Shown here piece by piece: positions 26,569-36,842 of a DNA stretch of 64,000 nt. Numbering within the stretch: the first letter of the stretch is position 1; the number at the start of each line of letters is the position of its first letter. The position numbers and the translations under genes are program-made. Location: positions 73,585-137,584 of the forward strand of contig JACQLT010000002.1 in assembly GCA_016203945.1 (NCBI GenBank), read 5' to 3'. The notes beneath the pieces are model-generated. The model did no database searches and had not been told where the DNA came from. It was given only the letters and a program-made list of their open reading frames with translations. Source of the stretch: Parcubacteria group bacterium. Lineage in GTDB: Bacteria; Patescibacteriota; Minisyncoccia; Minisyncoccales; UBA10102.

Positions 26569-28924
26569 TATGCTCTACAAGAAGGATTGGGGACGCCGTA
26601 TTCTTTTTTTGTGCTTTGCAGTAATTCTTTTTCTCCCCCTATTAGACATCCCCCCTTGGCTCTCTCCGCCCGACTGGGGGAAAGCCATAGTCTTTAGAAT
26701 TGCTGTTTCTCTTTTGTGGATGTATGTTGCATGGACCGTATGCACCGGAAAAAAACGGATAGGAACAATTTCTCTCAAGAGCATACCAGGGCTGCTTATT
26801 ATCGTTCTTGTGTTACAGGTACTGGTGTACTTGCTTGCTGCTGTCTTTTCTCCAGATCCTCTTATGAGTTTTCTGGGAGATCCGATAAGATCCGGGGGTC
26901 TCGTGAATTATGCTTTTCTGGCATCGTTTGTATTTCTCTTGCTCTTCTTCCTGGAATCTGACGACTGGCAGACCGTTATGAAATGGGCTATTTGGGGAGC
27001 AGTTGGAGTAAGCGCCGTAGCCATTGTTCAGTGGCAAGGCCTTCTCCCGGAACTCTTTGTCGCCACCGGCACAAGGCCCACAAGCACCCTTGGAAGCACC
27101 ATGACCCTTGGCCTATTTCTTATTTTGTTTGTATTTCTGTCTCTTACCAATAAAAAGTGGGGCCTCCCGCTTGCCGCGCTCTTTACCTTTGTGATTGCGC
27201 TCACGGAAACAAGGGCGGTATTTCTGGGCTTGGGAATCGGCCTGTTTTTCTTCCTTTTCTGGTATCCGACAAAAGAGAAAGCGCGAGCTCTCTTCATGAA
27301 GTACGTCCTTATAGGAACGCTTCTCTTGGGAGGAGTGTTGCTGCTTGCGGCAAACCTCTCGCTCTCATCCCCGGATCTTCTAAAACGCCTAAAAGTTCCA
27401 AATTTCCAAAACGAACCGCGTTTTGCCGCATGGCAGGTTACGCTTCAGGCTATCAACGCAAGCCCTGTCTTGGGATATGGGCCTGAAAACTTTGCCATCG
27501 GTTTTGACAAATTCTACAATCCCGCGCTTCCCAACCTTAGCAGAGTGCCGGGTTCTGGCGTCACCACGTGGTGGGACCGCGGCCACAACATTCTTTTAGA
27601 CACTGCCATGCAAGGAGGGATAGGAGCCGTTCTTCTTCTCTTGCTGCTCTGGATGCTTCTTTTCTGGGGCCTTCAGAAGGTAAAGAAAGAGAAGGGTGAG
27701 CTTGCGCTTAAGGCTCACGGCCTGCAGGCCGCATTCCTTGGGTATGGGGTGGCAAATCTTTTCAGTTTTGAAACCTTTTCCACCCAGCTCATCTTCTTTA
27801 CTCTTCTGGCTTATTCTTTGCATCTGATTTCTTTACGGAGGGACCTGCCGCCAAAGCGAAGTTCGGGCGAGGCAGGTCCCTCCAAGCTACGAGTGCCCAT
27901 CTTCATACTTGTGGGCTTCGCTTTCCTCTGGTTCAATTGGAATTATACGCTCAAGCCATTGGCTGCGAACGCAAATATTATAGAAGCAAAAGCGCTTGCT
28001 AAAAGCGGCAACTGCCAAGAAGCCCTGCCTCTCGCAGAGAACGCCGTGCGTGGGGCCCCGGGTCCCATGAAATCATACGCTGCGCTTTCTTTGGGAGATA
28101 TTATTTTAGATTGCCAAAGCCAGCTGCCAGACAAACGCCCAGAGTTGGCGCAAAAAGCAATTGAGGCCTTGCAAACAGCAGATGAAAGCCGGCCGCTCTT
28201 TCCAAGAGCATGGATAGCGATGGGGGGCTTCACCAACATATTGCTGGAAACAGCTTCAAGAGAAGGAAACCAGGAAAAAGTGAAGGGGGAAGCTGCAAAT
28301 GCCGATATGTTTTTCAGAAAGGCCCTTGAGTTGAGCCCCAAGCGCCAGGAAACATACATTGAATGGGTAAAAACCTTCTTGATTCAGGGCGATTATGAGG
28401 GGGCTAAAGAAAAAATCGGAGAGTGTCTTTCGCTCAACATCAACTCTGCTCACTGCTGGTTTCTCTTGGCAAGAGCTGAAATTTCTTTGGGGAATGCAGA
28501 GCAGGGATCTCATGCCCTCAAGACAGCTGAACTGCTTGGATACAATCCGACATCAAGACGATCGCTTCTCCAGTTAGCCAATGCGTATCTTGCCTCTCAA
28601 AACTACCAAGCAATGGCAAAGATATACGAAACACTGACATCTTCCAATTACGACCCCGTGCCTCGCGCGTATTATGAGACCCTAATTGCGCTCTATCAAC
28701 AACTCGGCCAAAGAGAAAACATACTGCACGCAGCAGGAAGAATGTATCTTGTCTTTGGGGATTACGAAAAATCGAAGGTCACTGCCAAGGAGTGCATTGC
28801 CTTCAATGCCCAATCTGCCTATTGCTGGTACTTGCTTGGAAAAGCTGAGTCTGCCTTAGGTAATGAAGAAGAAGGAGAAAGGGCAAAGGCGAGAGCCCAG
28901 GAACTCTTTGAAATAAAACAATGA
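26569..28924 (+). CDS. Wzy_C (O-antigen ligase/O-OTase-like) polytopic membrane domain fused to C-terminal TPR repeats
   Basis: Multi-TM N-terminal half with TETRAVFLGLG and periplasmic-loop GHNILLDT motif; TPR-like C-terminal 350 aa. ORF track start 26453 overlaps asnB, so ATG at 26569 used. Confidence 0.7.
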
Positions 28925-31179
28925 AAATACCCCTCCGTACCTTGACTATATCGCTGTTCTGTCTGGCAGCCGCATTGCCCATTGTTTCCACCAATGCGCT
29001 CTTTCACCCGCAGGCATGGGCTCAATCAAGCGTATTTCGGGTCTTGACTGCAGGGCTCGTATCCCTGCTGCTTTTGCAACAGCTGCTGCGACCTTTTGAC
29101 AAAAAAGCGCTGCTTGAGCGCCTTGGTTCAGCAAAAATAGTCCTCATTCCCCTCTCGCTCTTTGCTGTAGTGCTGGCAATCGCAACGCTCTTTTCCCAAG
29201 ATCCGTATTTTAGTTTCTGGGGCACGCCCGCTCGTGGCTGGGGACTACTTAACGACTTTCTCCTCATGCTCTTTGCAGTAGGAGCGTTTCTTTTCCTCTC
29301 TCATGAGGACTGGAAAAAGGTGTGGGGCGTGGCTCTTGCGGCAGGGGTCGGGGTGGCGGGCATTGCCCTGATCCAAACCTTCGGGCTGCTGCCTTCTGTA
29401 TTTAACGCAACGGGTCTCGGAGCTCCCGGCACTCTGGGCAGCTCCATTGTCTTGGGCCTATACCTGGTATTGCTTGCATTTGCGGCTCTTGCCTTGAGAA
29501 AATTTCCGCTTTTTCTATTCTTTGCTTTTGCTGTTGCGCTCACGCTTTCCCGCAGCTCCTGGATTGGATTTGCCGCAGGTATTATATTCTTTCTGGCTTT
29601 CTTTCCTCGAAAACAAGTCCGATGGCGCGCTGCCGCTCTTATTCTGCTGGCGTGCGGAGTGCTTGTACTCCTCATTATAAACCTTGTTGCCCTCCCCTCT
29701 TTTGTAAAGGACATTCCTTTGCTATCTCCTTTATTGTCCCGCGCTTGGCAGGATCTCCAGTGGGAGAATGTTTTTGACCTGTCGCGCATCTTGGCTTGGC
29801 AAATTGAACTCAAAGCTCTGGCAGAAAAACCCCTCCTTGGCTGGGGACCCTATAACTCTTCCATCGGGTTCAACAAATACTTTGACCCGATTGTCACCCA
29901 GGCGCACGCTCGCCCCTATTTTGATACTTCCCACAACGAATTTCTCGATATTGCCCTAGGGTCGGGATTCTTGGGTCTTGCTGCCTATCTTTGGTTCATA
30001 GGGGCGTTTCTGTGGAAACTACAGAAATCGGCGCTTGAGAATAGGTGGCAGGCGAGAATGGTGCAAGCCGGTATCATAGGGGGGCATGCCGCGCTCTTTT
30101 TCTTTCCCTTTATGTTCTCCACGCATCTGCTGTTTTTCCTCCTCATTGCATACGGACTGCATCTGTCCGCTGCGGCTCCACCTTTGCCAATGACTGGAGG
30201 CGGAACGAAAACAGAGCTTCCTTCAAAAAAGCTTGCCGTATTCGGAGGAGCATCTCTCCTACTGGTGTCCTTTGCTTTCTTTTTCGCGATACAGCCCCTT
30301 GCATGGAACAGAACCCTGAACGTTGCGGCACAGCAGGCAGATCGAGGGAAGTGTTCCTTGGCGCTTCCCGCGGCAGAAGAAGTCCTTGAGCGCGGCAAGA
30401 ACAGCTTCTTTTCATACTGGATACATCTCAAATATGTAGAGGCTGTGGATTCCTGTATTGGGAGTCAGGAGGAAGGGGTTCAGCAGATATTATCTGAAAA
30501 AGCTGCCGCTGCCCTCAATGAAGAGCTGCTTGTTCGGCCCAAAGAACCAAGGACCTGGATATTGCTTGGAGGATATTTCAATAATTTGGCCGCTTTTTCC
30601 AAAGACTCTCAAGAACGCTCGGACTTTCTCAACCAGGCAAGAACTGCCTTTGAAAAAGCGAGGGGATTAAGCCCAAGCCGCTATGAAACCTTTTTAGAAT
30701 GGACAAGAACCGAAATGCTTTCAAAAAACTATGAGGCGGCGAAACAAAAGGCAGCTCAATGCATTATGCTCAACCCGAACTCGCAAAACTGCTGGATTAG
30801 ATTATCTCTTGCCCAATTCGCGCTCAAGAATACCGAGGGCGGGCTGCACGCCTTAGACAAGGCGCGCGAGGGGAATATTACGATAGCAACAACGATACAA
30901 AGCGAACAGGTTCTCATAGAAATCTTGAGGCAAACACTTGCTTTGCCGCAGAAACCCTACCAGGATGTGGTATTTTTATTGAGCACCCTTATCGACCTCA
31001 ACCCAAACAACCCGCAGTACTACGCTTCCCTTGCCGCCGTGTACCTTGAGCTTGGAGAATATGGAAATGCGGGACAAGCTGCACTCGCGGTGCTTGAGCT
31101 GCAGCCGGAAAACGAAGAAGCAATACGGCAATTCTTCCAGCAACTCCCTAAAGAATTCCGCCCGGACAGATTCAAATAA
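28921..31179 (+). CDS. second Wzy_C + TPR paralog
   Basis: LTLSRSSWIGF, SHNEFLDIALGSG loop motif, TPR C-terminus; ATGA overlap with preceding paralog. Confidence 0.7.
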   Translation: MKIPLRTLTISLFCLAAALPIVSTNALFHPQAWAQSSVFRVLTAGLVSLLLLQQLLRPFDKKALLERLGSAKIVLIPLSLFAVVLAIATLFSQDPYFSFWGTPARGWGLLNDFLLMLFAVGAFLFLSHEDWKKVWGVALAAGVGVAGIALIQTFGLLPSVFNATGLGAPGTLGSSIVLGLYLVLLAFAALALRKFPLFLFFAFAVALTLSRSSWIGFAAGIIFFLAFFPRKQVRWRAAALILLACGVLVLLIINLVALPSFVKDIPLLSPLLSRAWQDLQWENVFDLSRILAWQIELKALAEKPLLGWGPYNSSIGFNKYFDPIVTQAHARPYFDTSHNEFLDIALGSGFLGLAAYLWFIGAFLWKLQKSALENRWQARMVQAGIIGGHAALFFFPFMFSTHLLFFLLIAYGLHLSAAAPPLPMTGGGTKTELPSKKLAVFGGASLLLVSFAFFFAIQPLAWNRTLNVAAQQADRGKCSLALPAAEEVLERGKNSFFSYWIHLKYVEAVDSCIGSQEEGVQQILSEKAAAALNEELLVRPKEPRTWILLGGYFNNLAAFSKDSQERSDFLNQARTAFEKARGLSPSRYETFLEWTRTEMLSKNYEAAKQKAAQCIMLNPNSQNCWIRLSLAQFALKNTEGGLHALDKAREGNITIATTIQSEQVLIEILRQTLALPQKPYQDVVFLLSTLIDLNPNNPQYYASLAAVYLELGEYGNAGQAALAVLELQPENEEAIRQFFQQLPKEFRPDRFK

Positions 31180-31203
31180 TATACCCGCCGATACATATAG
31201 GCG

Positions 31204-31244
31204 GAAATCAAAGGCCGCCCCATGTGAGGCGGCTCTTTGATTTC
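31204..31244. terminator. bidirectional hairpin between convergent genes
   Basis: GAAATCAAAGGCCGCC-CCATGTGA-GGCGGCTCTTTGATTTC near-perfect inverted repeat; U-rich arms on both strands. Confidence 0.4.
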
Positions 31245-31303
31245 GCCAAGTGGCGAATCGTTACCCTCTTGCCACAAGAAAGAGAGTAGACGTCCTGTCG
31301 GGA

Positions 31304-34300
31304 TTACGGGTTCACCAAGCTGCCTGCGTAGATGTCTGGCCTGAAGATGATGGTTCCTCTGCGGTAGGCGTTTGAGGTTCCGTCAACGCCGAACTCCACA
31401 TTGGAATCAGCAACATCGCTCAGCCACAGCTGAATCTGGTCGCCGTCAGTGTCAAGCTCGGTCGTGTCGCTGTAGATCAGCAAGGTCTTGGTCTGGCCTG
31501 CTGGCACCCTCAGCTCAGTTGTCGCGAAGGTAAAGGTTACGCTTTCGCTGGTGGACTCGTCTACCTGACCTTCTTCACCCGTACCAACTGCCGAAATTGC
31601 GTTGCTGTATATGGTGCCGTCCGGATCCTGCAAGGTGAAGGTCTCTTCTGTGCCGTCAGACGTGCTGATGGACTGTGTGATGTTCACCACCAGCTTGTTG
31701 CCGTCTCCGTTCTGGAAGGTGACATCGTCCGAACCCACAGCAGTCACGTCAAACTTGGCAAGAAGCGTGTTTGCTGAAGGAATGAGGTTGCCCGAAGGCG
31801 TGGTAGAGTTGACCGTGAACTTCGGATACGCGCGGAACATCCGGTGCGTGTTGGAAGAACCTGTCGGGGCGGCATCGCTTACCGTAGTGCCAGACCCTTT
31901 GCCCGTGGTATCCACGTCACGAATGGCAACTCCGGTCGCAACGTCGTTTTGCGCTGCTGCCGACGTGTTGCTGAAGAAGTCCGCTTTCACCGTGATCAAT
32001 TGGTAGCCGTTTGACGGAATCGTCAATGTGCCATCGTCAAACGTAATATCACTAAGTGACTGAGGCGAGGCTCCTCCCGCAGATACCGACTTGAGCAAGG
32101 TTGAGCCGTTGTACAGGTGCAGGGTTTGAATGAAGTTGCTCCCCGATACCTGAAGGCTTATCTCGTCAAGGTCAAGGTCTTCCACGGCGTCCGACGCAAG
32201 CCGGAATATGCCAATGGTGTTGCCTGTTGTCGAGGCCGCAAAGAGACTGCTGGACGGCTGTGAGGAGTCAACTGACGTTGTCAGCGTGCCTCCTGTCACC
32301 ACAGACATGACCTGACCAGCTCCTGAGCGGGTTTCGGTAATGTCGTTTCCGGTATCAGCTCCTGTCGCGGTTGTCGCGGTTTCAGCGACCTGGTGAGCAT
32401 CGGTGAGATTGCCGGAAGCTCCGGTGTCGGCGTTGGCCTTAAGGTCGGCCACCACGGCAAGCTCCATAGTAGTTCCTTTCTTGACAATCAAGGTCTGCGT
32501 CAAGGTGAAGGCAATGGTGTCTGCCGTGCCGTCTGTGGTGCTGTCATAGCTCGTGGTGTTAGACACCTTTGTTTCGTAGACATCTCCCCTTGAGCTTGAG
32601 GCAGTCGTCAGGTTTGCCCAAATCTCCACATTGATCATGTCGTCAGCCGGAGCTCCTGTGCCAGGGTCGTTCTGTATGGTGATGGAACTCACCTGCACGT
32701 CTTCTCCGGAAGCTCCCGCGTCAAGCGCAAGCTTGGCAAAGATGAAGTCACTCGTACCAACTGCCACGTCTCGCGCAGCCGGGGATACCAGAGTATTCAC
32801 TACCAAGGCTCCCGCTTTTACGGTCTGCGTATTGCCAGCAGCCGCACTGGCGGTCGGAGTTGCGGTAATGGAGTTGTTGCTCGTCATTCCGGTCACCGTA
32901 AGATCGGTGTCTGGATCAGCAATTGCCGCTTGAATGGTGTCGCCTGCAGAGGTAGCAGTCGCGATTCTTCCTTTCACCGTGTACTTGTGCACGCCTACAG
33001 GAACAATGATGGTGTCGGTGTAGGTTACCGATACCTCGTAGGTGGTGCCGTTCGCGGTGTAATCCGTAGTGCTCGGATCCAAGGGACCTGCTACCAGAGT
33101 GCCGTTCTCGTCAAACAGCTTCACTGCCGTAAGTTCGGCGTCAAGCATTGTACCCAGGTCAAAGGAAATTCTGACCGAGGTAAGCTTTACCGACTCACCA
33201 ATCGCGTTGAGGTCCCACGTTGCCAAGTTCTGGTCTGCTGCCTGGGCAATGTTGCCCGTGGGAGCAGTGGTAGAGGACTTGGAAACGCTCAGGGCTCCCG
33301 AGTTGATGGTCTGGTTGTTTGCAGCCAACCCGTCGTTGGCATTGGTCCAGTCAGCAGCGTCGTTGCCGTCCGGAGTGATGTACATGCCGTAGGTGTTGCC
33401 CTTTGTGGATATTAACACATCACTGCCGTCCATGAGGTCGGCGTTTATTGTCAAACTGGGGCCGTCCACGACGTCAAGCATGATCTTGAATCTTCGGCTG
33501 TCTCCCTTGGCAATCACCATGTTGAGGTTTGACCACGAGGCCTTGCCTTCTCCAGACCATTGCGTGGTCCCGAGCGACTGGCTCTTCGATACGTCGTACA
33601 GCTCAATGTTTGTGGTGTCGTCAAGAGAAGCAGAACCCGACTCCATCACGGTAATCTGCTCTAATGTCACGTCTTCTGTTGACCCTACCGTCACTTTGAA
33701 GGCGTTCACCGTAACATCGGTGTCGCCAACATCGGGCGTGGAGTCAACGAGCGCGCCGTCTTCCTGCACGTCAACCGTGCCGATGGTCAAGGCAACAGTG
33801 GTAAAGTCGTTCCCTTTTATGGGGAAGGCTCCGGTCACCGTTGCTGATCCGGCGCTGATGTCTGCTGCAGAGGCAATACCCATTGCCACGGTCTTCGCTC
33901 CTGCGGTTCCGTCAACAATTCCTACGCGAATGAAAAACGCCTTGGAAGTGTTGGCAGGAATCTTGAGGTTCGTGGAGAAGGTCATCTGGGCTCTGCTGTT
34001 TGTGTTCAGGGAACCCAAGCTGCCTACCCTCACTCCGTCCTCGTCAAGGATTCTGATGTTTTCCACGTCCGCATTTGCGGTCAACCCATAACGGGTGAGC
34101 CAAATGGTGGAAATAGCAACATCGGATGCTCCTGCGCTCAGGAAGAACTTCGTTACGTTAACGTTTCCTGCGTCTGCCACAGTAGCTGAAGCTGGCGTGT
34201 CAGAAGCCAAGGATACGCTTAGCGTTCCAGCTTGAGCCGGAGGCGTTGGCGCTCCTGGCGTGCTGGGCGTGCTTGGCGTGCCGGGCGTGCTTGGAGCAGT

Positions 34301-34732
34301 TCCTGCCACGGCAGTGTACTTTGCCCGAGAAATCGGTCCGAAGTATCCTACCGCGGGGCTCACTCCGTTCGCAGCCTGCCATGCTGCTACTGCTGCTTGC
34401 GTGCGGGAACCGTAAAAAGTGGTCTCAGAGCCAGGAGATCCTGCGCCCGAAGAAGCCAGCTGGTGTCCCGCACCATTCAGGTACTGTTGCAAGCACATTA
34501 CGTCATCACCCGAAGAAACTCCTACGTAGAGGCTGCGGGTAAAGGTGCAAGCGGTTGCGCCAGCTCCTGATCCTTGCTGTGCCTGAAGCTGTTGAAGCTG
34601 GACCAGCAAGGCGTCAATCTGCGCTTGCAATTCTGCTATTGTCACTGCGCCTGCGGGCATTGGAGCTACCATGCTCACGGCAATGCTCGCTGCGGCTGCA
34701 GTGGTAATTGCTTTCTTTAAGAATTTACTCAT
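31304..34732 (-). CDS. large secreted cell-surface (S-layer-like) protein
   Basis: Signal peptide MSKFLKKAITTAAAASIAVSMVAPMPAGA. Coiled segment. PG_binding_1-like block LQQYLNGAGHQL...TQAAVAAWQAANGV. Linker APSTPGTPSTPSTPGAPTPP. About 900 aa of Thr/Ser/Val/Asp-rich repeats, no Cys. Confidence 0.7.
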   Translation of the reverse strand: MSKFLKKAITTAAAASIAVSMVAPMPAGAVTIAELQAQIDALLVQLQQLQAQQGSGAGATACTFTRSLYVGVSSGDDVMCLQQYLNGAGHQLASSGAGSPGSETTFYGSRTQAAVAAWQAANGVSPAVGYFGPISRAKYTAVAGTAPSTPGTPSTPSTPGAPTPPAQAGTLSVSLASDTPASATVADAGNVNVTKFFLSAGASDVAISTIWLTRYGLTANADVENIRILDEDGVRVGSLGSLNTNSRAQMTFSTNLKIPANTSKAFFIRVGIVDGTAGAKTVAMGIASAADISAGSATVTGAFPIKGNDFTTVALTIGTVDVQEDGALVDSTPDVGDTDVTVNAFKVTVGSTEDVTLEQITVMESGSASLDDTTNIELYDVSKSQSLGTTQWSGEGKASWSNLNMVIAKGDSRRFKIMLDVVDGPSLTINADLMDGSDVLISTKGNTYGMYITPDGNDAADWTNANDGLAANNQTINSGALSVSKSSTTAPTGNIAQAADQNLATWDLNAIGESVKLTSVRISFDLGTMLDAELTAVKLFDENGTLVAGPLDPSTTDYTANGTTYEVSVTYTDTIIVPVGVHKYTVKGRIATATSAGDTIQAAIADPDTDLTVTGMTSNNSITATPTASAAAGNTQTVKAGALVVNTLVSPAARDVAVGTSDFIFAKLALDAGASGEDVQVSSITIQNDPGTGAPADDMINVEIWANLTTASSSRGDVYETKVSNTTSYDSTTDGTADTIAFTLTQTLIVKKGTTMELAVVADLKANADTGASGNLTDAHQVAETATTATGADTGNDITETRSGAGQVMSVVTGGTLTTSVDSSQPSSSLFAASTTGNTIGIFRLASDAVEDLDLDEISLQVSGSNFIQTLHLYNGSTLLKSVSAGGASPQSLSDITFDDGTLTIPSNGYQLITVKADFFSNTSAAAQNDVATGVAIRDVDTTGKGSGTTVSDAAPTGSSNTHRMFRAYPKFTVNSTTPSGNLIPSANTLLAKFDVTAVGSDDVTFQNGDGNKLVVNITQSISTSDGTEETFTLQDPDGTIYSNAISAVGTGEEGQVDESTSESVTFTFATTELRVPAGQTKTLLIYSDTTELDTDGDQIQLWLSDVADSNVEFGVDGTSNAYRRGTIIFRPDIYAGSLVNP

Positions 34733-34814
34733 TTATTGTTTGTTTGGTTAATTTACGAAATGTATTATGTGTATAGGTTAATCCTATAACACATGCCGAC
34801 CTTTGTATTCGGTT

Positions 34815-35603
34815 TCAATCTCCACTCTTCGTGGAGCCAACCTTCAAAAGATATTCCAACGCCGTCTCGTACTCTCCTGCCTCGGAAGCCGCGACTGCTT
34901 TTGAGACCAGCGCTGCCTGCTCTTCATTGAGCGTCCGAGTTTCCAAATCTTTCAGCTCGCTCTCTACCACCACCCTAGTGGCTTCGGCCAAGCTGTCATT
35001 CTCCCCTTCCCCGATACTTGTTCCGAGCACCCGTTCCAGTTTAGATCTCTCTTTCTGAAGCTCCAGCAAAACTTTTCCCGCCTGGAGCGCGACTCGCGGC
35101 TCCTGATCAACCAGCCCTGGCAATGCCTGCGACACCTCAGAAACCCTGCTCTGGTATCCCTTGATTGCGGCCGCAAGATCCTTAGTTCGGTTCTGCGCAG
35201 TCACCTGCTTTAACTCATCTAATCTGCGCTGGGCAAGCTCCAGCTGCACGAACGCGCGATCTTTGCTCGGAGAAAGCGCGAACTCCACCTGTTCCCTAGT
35301 TGACTTTACGGAGTACAAAGGGTCTCCTGGCAAGCTGGAAGAAGAAATCTGCAGTGCGAGGCTTACTCCCACCACAAGCATGAGGCCTGCAAACGCAAAA
35401 GCCGGTTTCTCAAAGTATCTTGTTGCCAGCACTAACTCTCCCAGTATACGGGAGGCAAGAGACCCCTGCAATATCCTTGGTTCGACCAAGCTATTCACAC
35501 CTATCTGGCTCATCACCTGGCTTTTAACGGAAAAAACCCAGTCCTGTCTGGGTGTAATGCTCTTCAAAAGGTTTAGCTTCTCTATGGTCTGACGATGTTC
35601 CAT
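34815..35603 (-). CDS. DUF5667-like single-pass membrane protein, probable anti-sigma factor
   Basis: One TM (FAFAGLMLVVGVSLAL), coiled C-terminal region; immediately downstream of ECF sigma gene. Confidence 0.4.
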   Translation of the reverse strand: MEHRQTIEKLNLLKSITPRQDWVFSVKSQVMSQIGVNSLVEPRILQGSLASRILGELVLATRYFEKPAFAFAGLMLVVGVSLALQISSSSLPGDPLYSVKSTREQVEFALSPSKDRAFVQLELAQRRLDELKQVTAQNRTKDLAAAIKGYQSRVSEVSQALPGLVDQEPRVALQAGKVLLELQKERSKLERVLGTSIGEGENDSLAEATRVVVESELKDLETRTLNEEQAALVSKAVAASEAGEYETALEYLLKVGSTKSGD

Positions 35604-35647
35604 TGAGAGTGGCTTATATACTCTATGTCGTAAAAACTGCTGTTTTG

Positions 35648-36130
35648 TTACACTAATCTCTCCTTCAATGCCTCTAGCGCTCTATGGACTCCTACCCTCA
35701 CATTTGTTTCAGTTTTGCCGGTAATTTGGGCTATCTCGGATATCGAAAGCTCGTCTAAATAGCGCCAGATGACCAGGTTTTGATACTCGTCATTGAGCTC
35801 AGCAAGAGCCTTCTGTACCTGTTCCATATCCGAGCTTACGGCTAGCGTATCGGCAAAATGGGAATCTTCCGCTATATCAAGCACATTGCCCTCTAAAGAG
35901 ACCGTGGAAACCTGCTTTTTCCGATAGTGGTCTGCTATGACGTTCCGGGCAATACCATACAGAAAAGCCCTATCATTGTCAATGCGGGAACTGTTGAGTT
36001 GTTTCCAGAAACGCAAGAACACCTCAGAAGACAAATCCTCGGCAAGATCCCTGGAGCTCACCTTCAGGTAGCAGAAGCGGTAGATGCTGGCAACGTGTTC
36101 GTCGTATACTTTACTGAACCTTTCTTTCAT
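35648..36130 (-). CDS. RNA polymerase sigma-70 factor, ECF subfamily
   Basis: Region 2 (FLRFWKQL...YGIARNVIADHYRK) and region 4 HTH (LSISEIAQITGKTETNVRVGVHRA). Confidence 0.8.
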   Translation of the reverse strand: MKERFSKVYDEHVASIYRFCYLKVSSRDLAEDLSSEVFLRFWKQLNSSRIDNDRAFLYGIARNVIADHYRKKQVSTVSLEGNVLDIAEDSHFADTLAVSSDMEQVQKALAELNDEYQNLVIWRYLDELSISEIAQITGKTETNVRVGVHRALEALKERLV

Positions 36131-36156
36131 ATTGTCCTAACCCTATTCAATATGTC

Positions 36157-36795
36157 CTATCTCTGTCCTACTATTCCTAACACTTTTTCCACAGAAACTC
36201 CTGTTCCGGCACTGATTCTATAAAATATATCATTCCATTCCCCTTCCCGGATCACAAGGTTGCGCTTGAGCAGATCATCCAGATCCCGCCTCAGGGTGCG
36301 CTTGGTAACCTCGGGAAGGAGCTTTTTGAGCTCCCAGACCTGAACTTTTTCTTTGTACCTTAGGATCTCAAGCATCTTCTCCTGCCGGCTGTTAAGCTCC
36401 TTGGGATTAGACACAGAAGAGGTCTGCCTGAGCGAAGGTGCCCGCTGAAGCGAAGTTCGGGTCAAAAACCTTCGCACTTTAGCGTATTCTCGCTCCAGAA
36501 CAACGAAGTTTTTATCGTTAATAACCCGCAGGCGCTTTACGCTCTGAAGAAAGCCCAAAAGCATTTGCAGCTCAGCTGAAGCGCGGATAATCGTTTCGTT
36601 CTTTTCTTCGGGATTTTGGTTCCTGGTCAGGAAAATGAGATGTATGAGAAGACGGCTTGCCGATTCCTCAATCTTGGAACGTAGAACAGAGCCCCCGGAA
36701 AGAAGCTCGGTTACTCGGTACAACCCGAACGTAAGTCGCATAAAAAAGTCCGAGTCCATAAACTTGAATGTACCAAAACCAAGATACTCGGTCAA
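36157..36795 (-). CDS. hypothetical regulator: N-terminal four-helix-bundle-like domain plus C-terminal DeoR-like winged HTH
   Basis: C-terminal SRQEKMLEILRYKEKVQVWELKKLLPEVTKRTLRRDLDDL resembles DeoR HTH; N-terminal half resembles the four-helix-bundle family. Confidence 0.35.
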   Translation of the reverse strand: MTEYLGFGTFKFMDSDFFMRLTFGLYRVTELLSGGSVLRSKIEESASRLLIHLIFLTRNQNPEEKNETIIRASAELQMLLGFLQSVKRLRVINDKNFVVLEREYAKVRRFLTRTSLQRAPSLRQTSSVSNPKELNSRQEKMLEILRYKEKVQVWELKKLLPEVTKRTLRRDLDDLLKRNLVIREGEWNDIFYRISAGTGVSVEKVLGIVGQR

Positions 36796-36805
36796 TTCTT
36801 AACTA

Positions 36806-36835
36806 TTGACAAATATGTCTAACCTGTGGTATGGT
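36806..36835 (+). promoter_or_regulatory. sigma70-like promoter TTGACA-18-TATGGT with TGn extended -10
   Basis: ATTGACAAATATGTCTAACCTGTGGTATGGT. Confidence 0.4.
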
Positions 36836-36842
36836 TGTGTTA

